DNA from: an uncultured Chloroflexia bacterium
GTDB lineage: Bacteria; Chloroflexota; Limnocylindria; QHBO01
Direction of reading: 5' to 3'
Assembly: GCA_963825525.1 (NCBI GenBank)
Contig: CAWGTN010000002.1
Coordinates: 352,001-416,000 of the forward strand
Length of the DNA stretch: 64,000 nt
Position numbers and translations under genes: made by a program. Numbering within the stretch: position 1 is the stretch's first letter; each line of letters opens with the position of its first letter. This document shows positions 19,464 to 30,460 of this stretch, in pieces. The notes below the pieces were generated by a model. It had not been told where the DNA came from. It worked only from the letters and a program-made list of their open reading frames with translations, and did not search any database.

Positions 19464-22070
19464 TCAGCCGAGCGGCGGCAGGTCCTGCGCGTCCGTGAGG
19501 ACGGCGGCGAAGCGGTCCCCGTCCTGCGCGACCCGGGCCGGCGCATCATGGATGGTCCACCGGTCCGGGCGCAGGTCCGGGTCGTCGAGCTCGTCCCAGG
19601 AGATCGGCATGCTCACCGGGGCGCCGGGCGCCGGTCGCGGGCTGTACGGCGCGACGAGTGTCTTGTTGATGGCGTTCTGCGTGAAGTCAAGGCGCGCCTT
19701 GCCCTTCCTCGCACGTTTCGCCCATTCCCAGCTCACGAGATCGGGGACGGTGGCGCCCACCGCTCGTGACAGGCCCTCGACCCAATCGCGCGTGTCGTCG
19801 AACCCGGGGCCCGGGTTGATGCGGATCCAGACCTGGATCCCCCGCTTCCCGGTGACCTTCGGGTAGCCGCGCACGCCGAGGTGATCGAGGGCGGTTCGAT
19901 ACAGTCGCCCGAGCTCGACGACCTCGTCCCACGTGGTGTCCGGCCCCGGATCGATGTCGATCAGCGCGTAGGACGGTCGATCCGGGGTGGCCATCGGCGA
20001 CGTCCAGGGGTGCATCTCGATGGCGCCCTCCTGCGCGAGCCACAGCAGCGTCGCAGGCTCATCCACGACCGGATAGTCCTTCGGACCTTCCTCCCGATGG
20101 TGGTACGTCCATCGATTCACCCACTCGGGCGCATGACCCGGCAGGTCCTTCTGCCAGAACCCCTTCTGCTCGACCCCGTTCGGAAAGCGCTGGACGGTCA
20201 GCCCACGATCGGCCAGGTACGGCACCAGGATCGGGCCGATGGCGAGGTGGTACCGAAGCAGGTCTCGCTTCGTGATCGGGTCACCGCCGTCTCGCCCGGG
20301 AAAGAGCGTCTTGTCGAGATTCGTGACGCGCAGCTCGCGGCCCGCGGCCGCCCAGACGCCTTCCCGTTCGATAGCGGCCAGTCCGTCTTGAGCTCCCTGC
20401 GGGGCCGACACCACAACCTCATCCTTGACCGCCGACTCGGCGGCCGCCACCGCGCGCCTGCTGGACACCGAACGCTCGCGGCGAACCGCAGTCGGTGCCT
20501 TCCCAACCTCGATGCCCTTGAACGCGGCCTGTCGGAGCAGGTCATCCGCCGTCCAATCCGCGAACTCCACCCGGATGACGAGCCGTGGCTCGACCCAGTG
20601 CGCGCCCTTCAAGCGCGGCACGACCTCCAGCGCCGATGCGTCCCGGGCGAGCTCGTCGAGCTTCGTGCGCAGCTCGCGGCGGGTCCGGGCATCGATGCCG
20701 CTGCCCACCTGGCCGGCATGCACCCAGTGGTCGCCGCTTCGCACGGCGACGATCAGGGACCCGAGATCACGGTGGCTGCCCTGGCCCTGGAGCCATCCCA
20801 CCACCACGACCTCCTGCTCCCGTCGAAGCTTGACCTTCAGCCAGCTGCGCGCCCGACGGCCGGGCTCGTAGCGCGACAGGCGGAGCTTGGCGACGATGCC
20901 CTCGAGCTCCTGGCTGCGTGCCGCCTCGGTGAATGCGTTTCCCTCACCATCGACGTGGCTGGCGTACCGCACCAGCGGATGCGGCCGCAGGCGTGAGCGG
21001 AGGAGTCGCTTTCGCTCGATGAGCGGCACATCGAGCAGGGAGCGCCCGTCGATGTGGAGCAGGTCGAACACCTGGTACACGACCGGCGCCGGCGCTCCCG
21101 GGCGCTTCGACCCCGGTGCGCGTCCGGTGCGGATGCCCGTCCGATCCTGGAGCAGGCTGAAGCTGGGCCGCCCGTTGTCGTCCAGCGCGACCACCTCCCC
21201 ATCGACGATCGCATCGGTGGCATCGATCCAGGCGGCGTCGCCCGCCAGGTCCGGGAAGTACCTGGCCGCGTCCTGCTGATTCCGGGTCCAGAGCCGGGCG
21301 ACGCCGTCCCGGATCACCGCCTCGACTCGGTAGCCATCCCACTTGATCTCGAACAGCCAATCCGGGTCGTCGAACGGGGCGTCGGCCAGGGTGGCGCGCA
21401 TCGGCGAGATGAAGCTCGGCATCGGCTCCGCGCGGGCGGCAGAGAGGTCGATCTCGCCCACCGGGCCGGGCATCGACCCCTCGAACCTGGGCTTCCCGCC
21501 GTCGCGGACCTCGTCATTGGTGCGCCCCGTCTTCACGCTGGCCGGATGATCCTCGGCATCCCAGCCGTCGACGGCGGTCCCGTCCCGCTTGTGAATCAGC
21601 AGCCACTGCTCGCGCTCGTCGCCCCCACCGCGCCGGCGGTTGTCGGTCCGGACGATCGTGAATCGGCCACGAACCTTCTCGCCATGCAGCTCGAACTTGA
21701 TCTCTCCCGCCCGCAGTCCGGCAGCCGGATCGGGAGTCTCGGCTTCCGGTTGGTAGGTGCCCCAATCCCATACGATCACGTCCCCGCCGCCATACTCGTC
21801 CTTCGGGATCACGCCCTCGAAGTCGAAGTACTCGATCGGATGATCCTCGGTGCGCATCGCCAGCCGGCGGGCCGCTGGATCGAGTGTGGGACCCTTCGGC
21901 ACCGCCCAGCTGACCAGCACGCCGCCGATCTCCAGTCGCACGTCGTAGTGCAGTGCGGTGGCGCGGTGACGCTGAATCGTGAACCGGCCGCTCCGATCGA
22001 CGAGCTCGCCCGGCGCGGGCTCGGGCGTGGCGGCGAAGTCACGCTTGCGTCGGTACTCCTCGAGCGGCAT
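19464..22070 (-). CDS. ligD: DNA ligase D (phosphoesterase-ligase-polymerase)
   Basis: LEEYRRKRDFAATPEP, HYDVRLE, EIKWDGYR, EGIVAK, DIDP, APYSPR. Confidence 0.96.
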   Translation of the reverse strand: MPLEEYRRKRDFAATPEPAPGELVDRSGRFTIQRHRATALHYDVRLEIGGVLVSWAVPKGPTLDPAARRLAMRTEDHPIEYFDFEGVIPKDEYGGGDVIVWDWGTYQPEAETPDPAAGLRAGEIKFELHGEKVRGRFTIVRTDNRRRGGGDEREQWLLIHKRDGTAVDGWDAEDHPASVKTGRTNDEVRDGGKPRFEGSMPGPVGEIDLSAARAEPMPSFISPMRATLADAPFDDPDWLFEIKWDGYRVEAVIRDGVARLWTRNQQDAARYFPDLAGDAAWIDATDAIVDGEVVALDDNGRPSFSLLQDRTGIRTGRAPGSKRPGAPAPVVYQVFDLLHIDGRSLLDVPLIERKRLLRSRLRPHPLVRYASHVDGEGNAFTEAARSQELEGIVAKLRLSRYEPGRRARSWLKVKLRREQEVVVVGWLQGQGSHRDLGSLIVAVRSGDHWVHAGQVGSGIDARTRRELRTKLDELARDASALEVVPRLKGAHWVEPRLVIRVEFADWTADDLLRQAAFKGIEVGKAPTAVRRERSVSSRRAVAAAESAVKDEVVVSAPQGAQDGLAAIEREGVWAAAGRELRVTNLDKTLFPGRDGGDPITKRDLLRYHLAIGPILVPYLADRGLTVQRFPNGVEQKGFWQKDLPGHAPEWVNRWTYHHREEGPKDYPVVDEPATLLWLAQEGAIEMHPWTSPMATPDRPSYALIDIDPGPDTTWDEVVELGRLYRTALDHLGVRGYPKVTGKRGIQVWIRINPGPGFDDTRDWVEGLSRAVGATVPDLVSWEWAKRARKGKARLDFTQNAINKTLVAPYSPRPAPGAPVSMPISWDELDDPDLRPDRWTIHDAPARVAQDGDRFAAVLTDAQDLPPLG

Positions 22071-22080
22071 GGCGCTTGGG

Positions 22081-22743
22081 TCAGGCCGGGAGATCGAGGC
22101 CGTCGAGCGTCTCGAGCACCTCGGCCGCCCCCGCATCGCGGAGCGCATCGGCGTCGACAGCGGCCCCCGCCAGGACGCCGACCGCGCGCATCCCGGCGGC
22201 CACTGCGGCTCGCATGTCCCAGGTCGAGTCCCCGATGTACCAGCAGCGTTCGGGCGCGACGCCGACCTCGCGTGCGGCGAGCAGCAGGAGATCGGGTGCC
22301 GGCTTGGCATGCTCCACGTGGCTGCCATCGATGACCCGAGGCTCCTGGTCCAGGCCCAGGGCGGCGATCGAGGTGCCGACCTGCTCCCTGCGCGAGGACG
22401 TGGCGATCGCCCAGGTCCAGCCGGCGTCATTCAGGGCGCGGAGCTGCTCACGAGCCCCCGGAAGAGGCCGAGGGGCGCGATTGCGCTCGTCGAAGAGCTC
22501 GCCGCTGCGCCGATCCACGGCCTCTGCCGTCCGGTCATCCATCTCGCGGCCGGCAGCCCTCGCGCCTTCGCGGGCGAGCCGTCTGCCATCGATGCCGATC
22601 ATCGGCTCGACCATCGACCGGGCGACCGGGATGTTGAACTCCTCGAACACGGCAACCCAGGCTTCGATGCGTGCCGGAACGGTGTCGACCAGCGTGCCGT
22701 CGAGGTCGAACAGGACGGCATCGGGGCGAGAAGGGTTCGGCAT
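22081..22743 (-). CDS. HAD family phosphatase
   Basis: FDLDGTLVD, ATSS, KPAPD, IGDSTWD. Confidence 0.92.
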   Translation of the reverse strand: MPNPSRPDAVLFDLDGTLVDTVPARIEAWVAVFEEFNIPVARSMVEPMIGIDGRRLAREGARAAGREMDDRTAEAVDRRSGELFDERNRAPRPLPGAREQLRALNDAGWTWAIATSSRREQVGTSIAALGLDQEPRVIDGSHVEHAKPAPDLLLLAAREVGVAPERCWYIGDSTWDMRAAVAAGMRAVGVLAGAAVDADALRDAGAAEVLETLDGLDLPA

Positions 22744-22763
22744 GGTCGTACGATACCGGGCCG

Positions 22764-23369
22764 ATGACAACGTCGATCGATCCAACGACCCTGGACGCCG
22801 ATCCGATCAGCCAGCTTCGCGCCTGGCTGACGGAGGCCGCGGACGCCGGCGTCGCCCTGCCCACGGCCTTCGCCCTGGCAACCGCCGATGACGAGGGGAT
22901 GCCGTCGGTTCGGTACGTGCTGCTCAACGGCCTCGATGCGGATGGCCTGCGCTACTTCACGTACCGGGGCAGTCGCAAGGGCCGTGATGTGGCCATCAAC
23001 CCGTGGGCGGCCGCCGCCTTCTGGTGGCCGGCGCTCGACCGCCAGGTGCGCGTGAGCGGGTCGATCCGCCTCCTGTCCGATGCCGATTCACTGGCGTACT
23101 GGCGCACACGGCCGCGGGGAAGCCAGCTCTCCGCCAGCATCTCGACCCAGGGCCAGGAAATCGGCTCCCGCGCGGAGCTCGAGGCCCGGGTGGCAGCGCT
23201 GGACGCGGCCAATCCGGGTGAGCTGCCGCTGCCGCCGATGTGGGGCGGATACCTCATCGTCCCGCGCACCTTTGAATTCTGGACGAGCCGTCAGGACCGC
23301 CTGCATGATCGGGTCGAGTATCGGCGCGGGGGTGATGAGAGCTGGACCCGCCGCCGCCTCCAGCCCTAG
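22764..23369 (+). CDS. pdxH: Pyridoxamine 5'-phosphate oxidase
   Basis: LATA..PSVR, SRKG, RQVRVSG, EFWTSRQDRLHDR, RLQP. Confidence 0.93.
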   Translation: MTTSIDPTTLDADPISQLRAWLTEAADAGVALPTAFALATADDEGMPSVRYVLLNGLDADGLRYFTYRGSRKGRDVAINPWAAAAFWWPALDRQVRVSGSIRLLSDADSLAYWRTRPRGSQLSASISTQGQEIGSRAELEARVAALDAANPGELPLPPMWGGYLIVPRTFEFWTSRQDRLHDRVEYRRGGDESWTRRRLQP

Positions 23370-23785
23370 GCGGGATCCTCTCCCTCCGGGGGCAGCTCCA
23401 CCTCTCCCTCGTCGGGGAGCTCGACGATCACCGATGCGTGGCGCGGTGACCGGTTGTACGCCACCGCCATCAGCGCGCCGGTGAGCCCGCCGATGAACCC
23501 GGCAATGGCGGCCACCACGACCCCGGTGATCGGGATGACGAGGTACCAGGTGCTGCTGATCCAGCGCAATGCGTCGAGCTGGTCGCCCAGCGGCAGGAGG
23601 CTGCGAGCGACTCCGAGGGTGAAGGCGAGGTCCCGCTGCCAGCCGAGCATGCTCCCGGCCAGCCAGGCCAGCAGCGCGCCGAGGATCGTCCCGAGCACGA
23701 GGCCCAGCGTCGCACCCACCCACCAGCCCGCGCCGAACGAGGCTCGCACCGAGACGCCGGCCAGCCGGCCTCGCACGTGCTTCAT
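23366..23785 (-). CDS. Hypothetical membrane protein
   Basis: ATGA overlap with the upstream GH2 gene; two hydrophobic segments. Confidence 0.7.
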   Translation of the reverse strand: MKHVRGRLAGVSVRASFGAGWWVGATLGLVLGTILGALLAWLAGSMLGWQRDLAFTLGVARSLLPLGDQLDALRWISSTWYLVIPITGVVVAAIAGFIGGLTGALMAVAYNRSPRHASVIVELPDEGEVELPPEGEDPA

Positions 23786-26035
23786 CGGGTCCTCGGGGCC
23801 GCGCGGCCACCGCGTCGCGCGAGAACCACGACCGCCGTCGCGAGCGTGAGGATCGTGAACCCGAGCGCATAGGCAAGGTAGAGGGCCAACGTCCATTCGC
23901 CCACCCGGCCGACGGGCGTGGCACGGGCACGATCGATGTCCGGCTCGAGGGCAAGTGCATCTCCGCGGCCACCTGGAGCGTTGAACTCATCGGCGGCGAG
24001 CTCTCCGGCCGGACGTAGCGTGCCGTCAGGCTTGTACAGGCCGAAGTCCTCGACACCGATCCCGGCGATCTGGGTGGCGAAATCGCGCAGCGTCCACCAC
24101 GTCGCGCCGGCCACGAACCCGTATGGACGGTCGCCACGGAGTCTCTCGATCGCCTCATAGGTATCGGCAAAGATCACGCGCTGGCGCTCCTCGTCAAAGG
24201 CTTCATCGGCCCAGCGGCCGAATTCCAGGATCATGATCGGTTTGCCCGGGTTCGCGTCGCGTGCAGCGAACAGTGCCGGGCCCGTGTCGGTGGACGGCTC
24301 ATCCCCGTAGAACACACCGTGATAGAACGTGAAGCCTGCCACGTCGAGCGGCTCGTGCGTCGGGTCGTCCGGCGCCCATCCGTACGCCACCTGCCCGGTG
24401 AGCCGCGTGCCGTCGATCTCGCGATCGATCTCGTGCATGACACGCATCGCCTCGGTCCGCTCCTCCCCGCCGGTCGACTCGTTCGCAAATCCGTGGAACA
24501 GGACCGACGGACGATTCATGTCGCGGAGCGCCATTTCGCGGAGCATCTGCTGCGGTATGCCGCGCCCCAGGGTGCGCTCGAAGATGAGCGGGGTGGCGTG
24601 GTAGAGCGGCACCTCCTCCCACACCGCGAAGCCGAGCCGATCCGCCAGCATGAGGGTCACCGGATCGGCTGGCTCGTGGCCGGTGCGCAGGAGGTCCGCT
24701 CCGACCTCGGCTGCCTGGCGCAGCTTGGCGAGCACATCGTCGGGCGCCTGCGCCGGCGTGCCGCTCAGCAGCTCACCATCAGGCCCGAACTCCAACGTTT
24801 CCGGATGCACGCCGACGCCTCGGAAGAACACCGGCTCACCGTTCAGCAGGACGTGTGGCCCGTCCGGGTCAACGGCAACGTGCCGAATACCGAACGTGGT
24901 CCAGTACTCATCGCGGTCACGCCCCTCGCGCGCGTCAAGCGGCGGGTCGCCGGCGATGAGCTGCACGCGCAGGACGTACAGGGCGGGCACGGCCGGACTC
25001 CAGGCATCGGCGCCGCCGAACTGGAGGGAGAGGGTCGCCTCGCTCACCCCGCCACGCCCGGGGAACTCGATCTGCTGCGCGATCTCGGCGAGCGGATCAC
25101 CGAAGTCGGCGACGAGCGACCGTGGATCGGGGTCGAGGAGGTTCTCATCATTGACCGATGCCGCCAGGATCGTGGCGCGCAGGGTTGCCGTTCCGTTCGC
25201 TGAGACGAGCGTCGGCTCGTCGGACGATCCGCGGCTGCCGGCCAGCGATGCCGCATGCGCCACCAGCACATCGACGTCGACGGCATCCAGATGGGTCACG
25301 ACATCGGCCCTCACGACGTGCGACGCGGCCGATGCCTCCAGCCAGACCGGTCCGGTCAGGCCGCCGTAGTTCCACCAGTCGATGAGTCCCCACGGCACGA
25401 CATCGCTGCGCGTGCCGAGCGGGATGGTGTGAACGCGGACGGCCAGAACATTGGAGCCACCGACGGCGGCGGCTCCACGCGACGTCGAACGCAAACGGCG
25501 TGGTGCCGCCCTCGTGGTACCCGAGCCACGTCCCGTTCAGCCACACATCGGCAACGTAGTTCGCCGATGCGAAGTGCAGGGTCACGGCTCGGCCCGCCCA
25601 GTCGGCGGGAAGCTCGAATGCGTGTCGGTACCAGGCGCCGCCCTCCTCGCCATCGGGTGGCGCGTTCGTTGTCCCGGGCACCGAGATCGTCTCCCACGCC
25701 GCGTCGTCGTGGTCCGTCAGCTGCCGGCCGCCGGCCTCGTCCTCGATGGCGGCCAGCGAGACGTCGCGTGCCTGCATGGTCAGGCGCTGGTCGAGCGCAA
25801 TTCGTTCGACCTTCCAGGTTCCATCAAGGTCGATCCGTGGTCGCGGCTGCCAGTCGAACGAGGGCACCGGAATGCCGTTCTGCATGGCCACCTGGGCACC
25901 GAAGTGCTCCTCGAGGGTCAGGGTCGGCGCCAGCGTGCCCGCGACGCTGGGCGGAAGGCACCCGGCGAGCCCGATCACGACGAGGACCGATACCAGGCCG
26001 ATGCGAAGGAGTGCGGCGCGCATTGGCGGCATCAT
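23782..26035 (-). CDS. Glycoside hydrolase family 2 (beta-galactosidase/glucuronidase-like) lipoprotein, frameshift near 25470
   Basis: LAGC lipobox, WYR..F, HEGGTTPF, WWNYGG, FGIR, LNGEPVFFRG, RTGHEP, ANE, EFG; C-terminal TM. Confidence 0.88.
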
Positions 26036-26076
26036 GGCAGCGCTCGCGGTCCCGTGCAGTCGGGCATACTCCCCGC

Positions 26077-26980
26077 GTGAGTGGGAACGTCCTCGTCATC
26101 GGCTCCATCAACATCGACCTGGTCGTGACGTCCGATCGGCTGCCGCGGCCCGGCGAGACGGTGCTGGGTGGGCGGTTCGCCGTCCACGACGGTGGCAAGG
26201 GCGCAAACCAGGCCGTGGCGGCCGCCCGTGCCGGGGCTCAGGTCACGATGATCGGCGCGGTGGGGACCGATGCGCACGGCGATCGGGCACTTGCGGCTCT
26301 CGACGCAGAGGGAATCGACACGACCCGCATTCGGCGTCTCGACGACCAGCCGACGGGTGTGGCGATCATCGCGGTTGGCCCACGCGGCGAGAACCAGATC
26401 GTGGTGGCTCCGGGCGCCAACGGGACGCTCGCCCTGGATGCCGAAGACCATGCGGCCATCGGCGCGGCCGACGTCCTGCTCACGAACCACGAGATCCCGG
26501 CTGAAGCGTCCCTCGACGCGCTTCGCGCCGCCGCGGCCGCCGGGGTCACCGCCATTCTCAACCCGGCGCCGGCGCGCGCGCTCTCGGCCGAGGTGCTCGC
26601 GCTGGGGCCGATCCTGACGCCGAACGAGCATGAGCTGATCGTGGCCATCGGCAACGATGAGACCGGCGCCGCACTCGACGAGCTGGCCAGCCGCAATCGT
26701 GGCCCGATCGTCGTCACCCAGGGGCCCGCGGGCGCGTTGCTGGCCGATGGGGACCGCCGCGAGCGATTCGAGGGTCGGCCGGCGACGGACGCCGTGGACA
26801 CCACCGGGGCGGGCGACACGTTCTGCGGGGTGCTTGCCGCCTGGCTGGCCCAGGGCCACTCACTCGAGGAAGCGATCAGGGCCGCAAACGCAGCCGCATC
26901 GCTGTCCGTCTCGGCGGCTGGCGCTCGGGACGGTATGCCACGTGCGGGACGCAATTGAGCAGGCGCTCGGCAGGGACTGA
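26077..26980 (+). CDS. rbsK: Ribokinase (PfkB family); indel near the C-terminus
   Basis: GSINIDLV, GGKGANQA, NPAP, PNEHE, DTTGAGDTF. Confidence 0.92.
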
Positions 26981-26991
26981 GCTCCGGTCCC

Positions 26992-27423
26992 TCAGGCTGC
27001 CCGCTCGAACGTCACGATCGGGATGATGCGGGTCGTCTTCTTCGGGTACTCCCCGATCCCCGTGTGGGTCGCAACATGCTGATCCCACAACCGCTGGCGC
27101 TCTTCGCCTTGCGGAACCGCGGCCCGTGCGCTGAAGGTCTTGCGATCCACCTCGATGACGGCGGTGGAGTCCTTGCGCAGGTTGTGGAACCACGCCGGAT
27201 GTGTCGGCGCGCCGCCCTTCGAGGCGGTGACCACGTAGCGATCTCCATCCTTCGTGTAGGCCAACGGGATGGTGCGCTGCTCACCCGTCTTCGCGCCAGT
27301 GGTCGTCAGCAGCAGGACCTGCTGACCCGCAAACCATCCCGTGACGGGATGGCCTTCGCGTCGAATCTCGTCCGTCAGGATGCGGGTCGCGCGCTGGTAG
27401 TCGGTTTCAGTCGTCTGGGTCAC
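26992..27423 (-). CDS. Deazaflavin (F420)-dependent nitroreductase family protein
   Basis: LLLTTTGAKTG..R..PL, ASKGGAPTHPAWFHNL, Y..KTTR.IP. Confidence 0.9.
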   Translation of the reverse strand: MTQTTETDYQRATRILTDEIRREGHPVTGWFAGQQVLLLTTTGAKTGEQRTIPLAYTKDGDRYVVTASKGGAPTHPAWFHNLRKDSTAVIEVDRKTFSARAAVPQGEERQRLWDQHVATHTGIGEYPKKTTRIIPIVTFERAA

Positions 27424-27484
27424 AGGGATGCCTCGGTCATGTTGTTGCATATGCAACTATCGTAGCAGACCTGGGAGTCGAGCG

Positions 27485-27518
27485 CAGAGACACCGCCGCG
27501 GTGGACCCGCGACGGTGC
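27485..27518 (-). terminator. Probable terminator hairpin after the FAD oxidoreductase
   Basis: CACCGTCGCGG-GTCCA-CCGCGGCGGTG stem on the minus strand, followed by TCTCT. Confidence 0.5.
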
Positions 27519-27544
27519 CCTGGCCTACCGGACCGGCCGGTGGC

Positions 27545-28942
27545 CTAGGTGGGGCGGATGTTCTGGTTCAGCCGGAACACGTTTGACGGGTCCCAGCGTG
27601 CCTTGATCTCGGACAATCGGCGGTGGGTCGCCGGCGGGTACGCCTGCCGAATCCGGTCCTCCCCTTCCGCTTCGAGGAAGTTCACGTAGACCCCGGTCGC
27701 GGCCGGCGCCACCTCGGCGAAGTACGCCTCCGTCCAGGCCGTGTCCTCGGCGACCTTGTCCGGGTCGACGTGGATGGTGAAGACCGAGAACATCGCCTTC
27801 GCCTCACGATGCGCGAAGGCCGTTGCATCGGGAGCCACGCGCGCCATCTCACCACCGAAGATCCGGAGCTGGGTGATCCCGGCCATCGGCGTTTCCGTGG
27901 AGCTCATGCGCTCCACGATGGTGGCGATCATGGCGTCATCCAGCTCATCGGCGAAGATCGAGCGCGTCGTGTTCGGCGCGGGCATTCCGCCCTCCTCGGT
28001 GAACTGGTAGATCCCCGGGTAGGGCATCGGCATGACAACGTCCGCGATCGGGGTTGCCAGGCGCCGGAACGGCTCGATCGCCGCCTGGCCCTCGGCCAGG
28101 TCGCCGGCCCATACCAGGGTGACCATCACGCTCGGCGTGCCGACCAGCTCCTCGGGGATGAACGGCGCCGGGGGCGCGCCCATGATGAACGTGATCGTCG
28201 TCAGCTCATCGGGAGCCTCGGCGGCCGCCTTCAGGACGCCATTGAGCACGTCGGTGGAGAGCGGCAGGACGAGCGCCCCCGACAGGGTCTCGCCCACCGG
28301 CACGGCGTCGTACTCGAACCTGGTGACGATGCCGAAATTGCCTCCCCCACCTCGCAGGGCCCAATACAGGTCGGCGTTCTCGGACGCCGATGCGGTGACC
28401 AGCTCAGCCTCGGCGGTGACGACCTCGAAGCTGCGAACGTGGTCGATGGCCAGACCATGCTTGCGCGCGAGGTAGCCGATGCCGCCGCCCAGCGTCAGCC
28501 CGGCGATACCCACGCTCGACGTGTCGCCGAACGGGACGGCCAGGTCGTGCTCGGCGGTTGCGGCTGTGACCTGGCCCGCCGTCAGGCCGGCGCCCGCGAA
28601 GACGGTGCGCGTCTGTGGGTCGATGTGAAGGCCACGAAGGCCGCGCAGGTCGATGACCACGACGCCGTCGCCGGTGCTGTACCCGGCGAGGCTGTGCCCG
28701 CCGCTGCGCACCGCGATGTCCAGATCCGCCTGTCGCGCGAAGGCCACAGCCACCTGGACATCATTGGCATTCGCCGCACGGACGATGGCCGCGGGACGGC
28801 GGTCGTGGAGAAGATTCCAGACCACGCGGGCCTCGTCGTACTCGGCTGATCCGGGAGCCAGGACGTCCCCGGTCAGGGCGTTGGCAAGTTCGGTGAGATC
28901 GGTCGGGACGGTGCGCGCGGACTCGTTGATAACCGGCTGCAT
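27545..28942 (-). CDS. FAD-binding oxidoreductase (VAO/BBE family)
   Basis: RSGGHS, GLTLGGG.G, LRGGGGNFGIVT, YVNF, WDPSNVF. Confidence 0.93.
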   Translation of the reverse strand: MQPVINESARTVPTDLTELANALTGDVLAPGSAEYDEARVVWNLLHDRRPAAIVRAANANDVQVAVAFARQADLDIAVRSGGHSLAGYSTGDGVVVIDLRGLRGLHIDPQTRTVFAGAGLTAGQVTAATAEHDLAVPFGDTSSVGIAGLTLGGGIGYLARKHGLAIDHVRSFEVVTAEAELVTASASENADLYWALRGGGGNFGIVTRFEYDAVPVGETLSGALVLPLSTDVLNGVLKAAAEAPDELTTITFIMGAPPAPFIPEELVGTPSVMVTLVWAGDLAEGQAAIEPFRRLATPIADVVMPMPYPGIYQFTEEGGMPAPNTTRSIFADELDDAMIATIVERMSSTETPMAGITQLRIFGGEMARVAPDATAFAHREAKAMFSVFTIHVDPDKVAEDTAWTEAYFAEVAPAATGVYVNFLEAEGEDRIRQAYPPATHRRLSEIKARWDPSNVFRLNQNIRPT

Positions 28943-29131
28943 GTGTGGAGAGCTCCTCGGGAGAGTGATCGAATGTTGACCACTGCATCCTTCGGGTTTG
29001 GCCGGGCGTTTCCATCGGCCATCCGGCGCCTTGCGTTGCGGCCGATGGACCGGGGCGTGCCTACGTCAGGTGTCGCGCGATGGCAGGGTTGCGAGTCGGG
29101 TCCGCGAGCTGCTCCAGCTTCTGCGCCTGGC

Positions 29132-29557
29132 TCAGGCCGACTCTGCCGCCCGCTTCATGCCCTCGGCCTCGAGGTTCATGTAGTCGTTGGTCAGGTTCTT
29201 GTAGAACAGGGCGATGATCGGGATGAGGAAGCCGCGCATGTCGAGCGTGAGCGTCAGGCGTGACCGGTCCTCTCCGAGCGCTTCCACGCGGTGGCCGGCG
29301 ACGCTGGTGATCGCGCGCGTCGTCTGTGTCCACTCGAAGTAGGAAGGCGCGTCCCAGGCCGTGATGTCCCAGGTGCCCTCGGGTAGCTTTTGGCTGCTTG
29401 AGTCGCACGCGGCTGCCCTTGGTGAGCGGCGCAGGCGTTTCAGGAGCTCGACGGTGTCGACGGTCTCGATGCGCTGCGGCCAGGCCTCGAGGTCGCTGAG
29501 CACGTCCCAGACACGCTGCTGAGGGGAAGCGATCTCGATCGACTTCTCAAACGGCAT
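29132..29557 (-). CDS. SRPBCC family protein (internal compensating indels)
   Basis: SIEIAS...VWDVLSD...EAEGMKRAAE; the natural GSRVRLKQPK segment lies in a shifted frame. Confidence 0.8.
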   Translation of the reverse strand: MPFEKSIEIASPQQRVWDVLSDLEAWPQRIETVDTVELLKRLRRSPRAAACDSSSQKLPEGTWDITAWDAPSYFEWTQTTRAITSVAGHRVEALGEDRSRLTLTLDMRGFLIPIIALFYKNLTNDYMNLEAEGMKRAAESA

Positions 29558-29675
29558 GTCGGGGCTGGCGAAACCCTCGCCGCGACAATTGCGTCTGTGG
29601 CGAGGCAAGTGGGTTCGCGAGTTGATGGACGAAACTGCCCAACCAAGTGATCCACTTCGTGCGTAGGGAGAGCCC

Positions 29676-30305
29676 GTGAGCCAGATGCGGATAGTGGCGC
29701 TGCTCGCTGTTGCCTTGCTCACGGCGTGCGCAGAAGTGTCACCAGCGCCATCACCTCGGATCATTTATGGCCTCCGGCCCGAGTACGACCTCGAAGGCCT
29801 TCTGATTCAGTCGGAGGTGATCGCTGTGGTCGACGTCATCAATTCGCGCGACCGCATCAACAACGCCTTCAACAGACCCATCGACCGGACTCGCGATCTC
29901 ATTTTCCAAGATTCGCAACTTGAGGCGACCGTGACAATCCGAGGCTCCGCGCCGACTCAGGTTCGTCAGACAGGCGGGAAGGTGGGTGACTTTGAGATGC
30001 GAATCGACGGATCGCAGCTCTTGGAGTCGGGCGAGCGTTACCTGCTATTTCTCACCGACTGGCTGTGGAATGAGGATGGCGCAATCATCCCTGCCATTGG
30101 CATCACCGGGGGAAACGCGGGCATTTTCACGTGGAATGGCTCCAGCTGGGTCAATGACGTGGGCCTGACTGTCACTGCCAAGCAGCTAGCGGAGCAGGTG
30201 GTGCTTCACCCGAATGATCCATCCGCGGGTATGCCCCTCACGCCCGAACAGCTTGCCGGTTGGCAGGAGTTCATCAGCCCGACGGCCGATCCCGCGTTAC
30301 CCTAG
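29676..30305 (+). CDS. Hypothetical lipoprotein, visibly more AT-rich
   Basis: SD GGGAG; lipobox LTAC; GGKVG....GERYLLFL motif. Confidence 0.7.
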   Translation: MSQMRIVALLAVALLTACAEVSPAPSPRIIYGLRPEYDLEGLLIQSEVIAVVDVINSRDRINNAFNRPIDRTRDLIFQDSQLEATVTIRGSAPTQVRQTGGKVGDFEMRIDGSQLLESGERYLLFLTDWLWNEDGAIIPAIGITGGNAGIFTWNGSSWVNDVGLTVTAKQLAEQVVLHPNDPSAGMPLTPEQLAGWQEFISPTADPALP

Positions 30306-30460
30306 AACTCGTGCCAGGAAGGTGGGCAATGTCGTTCCACCTGCCCGCGTCTCCTAGCTTCATCGCCCGCCCTTTGGTTATGAAGGTGTAGGGCGTTGAG
30401 TCGACGTCAGCAAGGCATCGCCATCGCAGAACGAGGGTGACTCATGGGTGGAGGCGAGGT

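Noticed and set aside
29565-29620. Nested hairpin (GCGAAACCC...GGGTTCGC) as a riboswitch or ribozyme
   Set aside because: No recognisable conserved core of a known class.
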